From: Rhodobacter capsulatus SB 1003
Lineage (GTDB): Bacteria > Pseudomonadota > Alphaproteobacteria > Rhodobacterales > Rhodobacteraceae
DNA length: 32,000 nt
NCBI RefSeq assembly: GCF_000021865.1
Contig: NC_014034.1
Span: 1,680,001-1,712,000 of the forward strand
Direction: 5' to 3'
The position numbers and the translations under genes are program-made. Below the pieces are notes generated by a model. It was not told where the DNA came from. It saw nothing but the letters and a program-made list of their open reading frames with translations, and searched no databases. Shown one piece after another: positions 28,938 to 32,000 of this stretch; within the stretch, counting starts at the first letter, position 1, and every line of letters begins with the position of its first letter.

Positions 28938-29978
28938 TCAGTCGATTGCGTGCCAGAAGACCGGGAAGCCCGGGTCGAAGACGGTGACGGGACCGGCGCC
29001 GGTCTCGATCTTGGCGGGCCAGCTCGCGGGCGTCGCGGTCTTTTCCAGCGTCAGCGTCGCGGTGTTGACCGGCAGGCGATAAAAGCGCGGCCCGTTTTCC
29101 GAGGCGAAGGCGGCCAGATTGGCCAGTTTCCCCTCCTCCTCGAAGACATGGGCGAGAAGTTGCATCGTGTTCGTCGCAGTGAAACAGCCCGCACAGCCGC
29201 AGGCGCATTCTTTCAGCGGATCGACATGCGGTGCGGAATCGGTGCCAAGGAAGAAGCGCGCTTCGCCGCTCGTCGCCGCCTCGCGCAGCGCCAGGCGGTG
29301 GTGTTCGCGTTTCGCCACCGGCAGGCAGTAGTAATGCGGCTTGATCCCGCCCACGAGGATATGGTTGCGGTTGAGGATCAGGTGATGCGTGGTGATCGTC
29401 GCGCCCAGATCGTCGCCTTGCGCGCGGGCATAATCGACGCCGTCCCTGGTGGTGATATGTTCCATCACCACGCGCAGCCCGGGCGTCGCGCGGCGGATCG
29501 GATCGAGCACCGTCTCGATGAAGACCGCCTCGCGGTCGAAGATGTCGACGGCGGGATCGACCACCTCGCCATGCACGCAAAGCGGCAGGCCGATCTCGGC
29601 CATCTTTTCCAGCACGCCCCGCACCTTGTCGAAATCGCGCACGCCCGAATGGGAATTCGTGGTGGCGCCTGCCGGGTAAAGCTTCACCGCTTTCACCAGA
29701 CCCGAGGCCGCCGCCGCCGCGACATCGGCGGGATCGGTGGTTTCGGTCAGATACAGCGTCATCAGCGGCTCGAAGCCCGCGCCTGCGGGCAGCGCGGCCA
29801 GGATGCGGGCGCGGTAGGCCGCGGCCTCGGCGCCGGTCACCACCGGGGGCACCAGATTGGGCATCACGATGGCGCGGGCGAAATGGCGCGTGGTTTCGGG
29901 CAGGACACCCGTCAGCATCGCGCCGTCGCGCAGATGCAGGTGCCAGTCGTCGGGGCGGGGAAGGGTGATGCGGGTCAT
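28938..29978 (-). CDS. pyrC: Dihydroorotase (homodimeric class II type)
   Basis: 346 aa. Metal-binding DWHLHLRDG near the N terminus, with length and blocks ([18 protein letters not shown]) typical of E. coli-type PyrC. Confidence 0.92.
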   Translation of the reverse strand: MTRITLPRPDDWHLHLRDGAMLTGVLPETTRHFARAIVMPNLVPPVVTGAEAAAYRARILAALPAGAGFEPLMTLYLTETTDPADVAAAAASGLVKAVKLYPAGATTNSHSGVRDFDKVRGVLEKMAEIGLPLCVHGEVVDPAVDIFDREAVFIETVLDPIRRATPGLRVVMEHITTRDGVDYARAQGDDLGATITTHHLILNRNHILVGGIKPHYYCLPVAKREHHRLALREAATSGEARFFLGTDSAPHVDPLKECACGCAGCFTATNTMQLLAHVFEEEGKLANLAAFASENGPRFYRLPVNTATLTLEKTATPASWPAKIETGAGPVTVFDPGFPVFWHAID

Positions 29979-30128
29979 GCGCCCCGGTTACACCCAAGGC
30001 CGCGGCATTTCCAGTGCCAGCTTTGTCCCGCCCGCAGGCGGCTTCGCGCTCATGTGACCTTGGGGCTCTGGACGGCGGCTGCCCCATGCGTCACCCTGCG
30101 CGGGCCTCGGGGGAGGATGGAGAGACAC

Positions 30129-30446
30129 ATGACGACACGGTTCATCGCCTTGGCGGGCCTTGCCGCCGCAATCACCGCCCTTGCGGGCTGCAACGATCCG
30201 GGCTTTCGCGGTGTGCCCGAGGTGCGCATCGCCAGCGCGGCCGAGGTGACGCAATGCCGCCTGACCAGCACGATCACCAATGAACCCGGGCTTTACGGCC
30301 CCGTGGTCGGGCGCGAGGCGGAACGCTATGCCCGCAACAAGATCCTCGACATGGCCAAGGGCGACGGCGCCAATACCGTCGTCTTCGATCCGGTGATGCC
30401 GGGCGAGCCGGTCTATCTGCTGACCGCCAAGGCCTATCGCTGCTGA
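30129..30446 (+). CDS. DUF4156-like lipoprotein
   Basis: 105 aa. Signal peptide with lipobox LAGC (MTTRFIALAGLAAAITALAGC), plus internal ...C..L....GANTVV...AKAYRC as in DUF4156/YjeI-like proteins. An alternative ATG lies at 30117. Confidence 0.65.
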   Translation: MTTRFIALAGLAAAITALAGCNDPGFRGVPEVRIASAAEVTQCRLTSTITNEPGLYGPVVGREAERYARNKILDMAKGDGANTVVFDPVMPGEPVYLLTAKAYRC

Positions 30447-30508
30447 TCCGCTCACGGATTCTTTACGCTGCATTGCAGAAAATGCAGGGCGGGGTTTCGG
30501 CAAACGTT

Positions 30509-30537
30509 CTTGTCGGGTCCCCGCCCGCTGCCTATAT
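30509..30537 (+). promoter_or_regulatory. Near-consensus alphaproteobacterial sigma-70 promoter for the DUF1127-like gene
   Basis: CTTGTC (30509-30514), a 17-nt spacer, then CTATAT (30532-30537), versus the consensus CTTGAC-N17-CTATAT. It lies about 46 nt upstream of the ATG. Confidence 0.45.
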
Positions 30538-30582
30538 CCCGGCTCAGGGAGGAAACATTCTGCACCCTGTCAGGAGGTTTCC

Positions 30583-30819
30583 ATGAGTTATGTCGAACTG
30601 TTCGAAGCGCCCGCCAAGACCCCGGTCAAGGGCATGGCGGCGCGTCTGTCGCGGCTTCCTGCGGCCCTGGGCGAGGGGCTGGTGGAGGTGCTGGAAACCG
30701 GCGCGCGTCTGCGCGAGGTGACCCGTCTGCGGGCGATGTCGGATGCCGAACTGGCGCTGCATCACATCACCCGCGACGAGATCGTGCCGCACGTCTTCCG
30801 CGACCGTTACTGCTACTGA
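30583..30819 (+). CDS. DUF1127-like small protein
   Basis: 78 aa with a strong SD (AGGAGG, 30572-30577). The C-terminal RLREVTRLRAMSDAELALHHITRDEI fits the DUF1127 pattern (L..LSD.EL.DIG..R.DI). Codon usage is native. Confidence 0.55.
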   Translation: MSYVELFEAPAKTPVKGMAARLSRLPAALGEGLVEVLETGARLREVTRLRAMSDAELALHHITRDEIVPHVFRDRYCY

Positions 30820-30831
30820 GACGGCCGGAGA

Positions 30832-30860
30832 GGCCGCCGCGGCTTTTGCCTGCGGCGGCC
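30832..30860 (+). terminator. GC hairpin after the DUF1127-like gene
   Basis: GGCCGCCGC GGC-TTTT-GCC t GCGGCGGCC gives a 12-bp stem with one bulge. No clear U tract follows (CATCCTCTT), so it may be a partial terminator or a processing or stability element. Confidence 0.4.
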
Positions 30861-30928
30861 CATCCTCTTGCGCCGGACGCCCGCGCGGCCGATAGTGAGC
30901 CCGTCGAACTATGCTGAAGGAGCGGGCG

Positions 30929-31258
30929 ATGTCGCAAGAAACCCTGACCGAAGTGCGCGGTGATCTGGTTCTGGCGGCGCTTTGCGTGGGACAGTTCCGG
31001 GCGCCCTGCCAGATCGAGGCGGAACGGCTGCTGGTGCGCGCCGACGAGTCGCTGATGCAGGCGCTGCGGGCGCTGGGTCTGGAGATTGCCGCGGTTTTCG
31101 AGGTCTTCACCCCGGCGCCGATGTTCGCGCCCGACGAGCTGATCCTGGATCAGGTGGCGCGGGGCATCATCCGCCGTCAGGTCACCACCCATGTCTTCCG
31201 GCCGCATGACGACGAAAGCGCCGAGGAAGACGGCGATTCCGTGGCTGCGGCGGTCTGA
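30929..31258 (+). CDS. Hypothetical protein (109 aa, acidic C terminus)
   Basis: The ATG at 30929 is preceded by GAAGGAG at good spacing. GC3-rich native codon usage. I recognise no family. Confidence 0.55.
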   Translation: MSQETLTEVRGDLVLAALCVGQFRAPCQIEAERLLVRADESLMQALRALGLEIAAVFEVFTPAPMFAPDELILDQVARGIIRRQVTTHVFRPHDDESAEEDGDSVAAAV

Positions 31259-31297
31259 TCCGCCGCGCCGCCCCGCGCCCAACCCGGGGCCTGTTGC

Positions 31298-32000
31298 TCA
31301 GGCGGCGGTGCCGCCGGTCGCGGGCTCGGGCCGGGCGGATTTTCCCAGCTGATCTTCCAGCACCACCAGCCGGTTGCGGAACCGTGGCCAGCCCAGCCGC
31401 CGCACCACGTTGCGGCACAGCATCGCCTCCAGCCCGGGGCGGCCCGAGCTGTTCAGATAGCCCGCCAGCCGGCGCAGATAGCGCATCGCATTGCGCCGCC
31501 CGCGCCACAGCTTCCAGAACGCCGTGGCGGTGAAGGTGCCCGCGCAGGCCTGCGCCAGCATCGGTTCCAGCGCGTCGATCTCGGCCAGGGCGGTTTCGGG
31601 CGTGCTGCCCAGATTGCGGCAGGGCAGCAGCGTCACATGCGGCCGCGCCATCAGCGCGGCGTGCATCGCATCGGGGCCGATCAGCGGATCATAGATCACA
31701 TGCACCGCCCCGGCGCCGTCGAGCATGTCGGGGGCAAAGCCGTAACGGTCGGTGAAATTCTGCCGCCGCCGCCGCCGGAAGCGGTCGTCCCAGGCGGTCA
31801 GCCGCGCCTCGAGCGTCGCCTGCGGCGCCAGCGTGATCACCGTCGCCCCCGGCGCCGCGACCGAGAAGGCCGCCGCCGCATAGCCGCAACTGCCCGCGCC
31901 GTAAAACACCACGCGGTCGAAATCCTCGAAAAACGCCTCGTCCACGAGGCGGTCGACATAGGCATAGACGGCCGGATCGCGAAACCAGCTTTCGTCATGG
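31298..32000 (-). CDS. Conserved hypothetical protein; its 5' end (N terminus) lies beyond the window end at 32000
   Basis: The track ORF starts at a GTG (31945), but the frame stays open to base 31999 (…HDESWFRDPAVYAYVDRLV-DEAFFEDFD…), so the real start is outside the window. It contains FYGAGSCGYAAAAFSV (a nucleophile-elbow-like AxSxG) and an RFRRRRRQNF stretch. Function unknown. Confidence 0.6.
   Translation of the reverse strand, partial: HDESWFRDPAVYAYVDRLVDEAFFEDFDRVVFYGAGSCGYAAAAFSVAAPGATVITLAPQATLEARLTAWDDRFRRRRRQNFTDRYGFAPDMLDGAGAVHVIYDPLIGPDAMHAALMARPHVTLLPCRNLGSTPETALAEIDALEPMLAQACAGTFTATAFWKLWRGRRNAMRYLRRLAGYLNSSGRPGLEAMLCRNVVRRLGWPRFRNRLVVLEDQLGKSARPEPATGGTAA

Noticed and set aside
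30820-30928. Cuckoo/CcsR-type sRNAs downstream of the DUF1127-like gene, as found downstream of the Rhodobacter sphaeroides DUF1127 gene ccaF1.
   Set aside because: The spacer is only about 109 nt, holds a single hairpin, and lacks the CCUCCUCCC loop motifs that define CcsR RNAs.

Overview
This is a high-GC (roughly two-thirds G+C by eye), gene-dense chromosomal segment. Gene content, gene order and a GTTC-N7-GTTC SOS box point to an alphaproteobacterium of the Rhodobacteraceae type; the resemblance to Rhodobacter capsulatus is my recollection only, not verified. I call 30 protein-coding genes, almost all core housekeeping. Plus strand, 1-11.9 kb: a 5'-truncated AsmA/YhdP-like envelope protein, queA, an MFS transporter, a DUF924 protein, a stand-alone lpdA, (rhodanese on the minus strand), uvrA and a SAM methyltransferase. 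Minus strand, 12-17.8 kb: a DUF2892 membrane peptide, a Crp/Fnr regulator and a valine-catabolism cluster (mmsA, acyl-CoA dehydrogenase, 3-hydroxyisobutyryl-CoA hydrolase, mmsB), with a divergent LysR regulator. Then coaD and a tentative RES-like ORF on the plus strand. Next comes a long minus-strand run: dnaB, alr, mlaE-like, mlaF-like, radA, cvpA, purF. After that pyrC-pyrE (minus), a DUF4156 lipoprotein, a DUF1127-like small protein, a 109-aa hypothetical, and a 5'-truncated (N terminus beyond the window end) hypothetical on the minus strand. I see no rRNA, tRNA, CRISPR array, transposase, integrase, phage or recognisable defence genes, and no obvious compositional island. The many long ORFs antisense to these genes are high-GC artefacts. 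The non-routine signals are modest: (i) two families of palindromic intergenic repeats, four copies in total; (ii) an alphaproteobacterial SOS box upstream of uvrA; (iii) an orphan, possibly degenerate RES-like ORF tightly following coaD with no antitoxin; (iv) a DUF1127-like small-protein locus with a near-consensus promoter and a structured leader, next to two uncharacterised ORFs; (v) candidate operators in the valine-catabolism cluster; (vi) DnaA-box-like sites upstream of dnaB; (vii) an mlaEF pair translationally coupled to alr with no mlaD. I do not see convincing evidence for a new multi-gene system here and score the findings accordingly.
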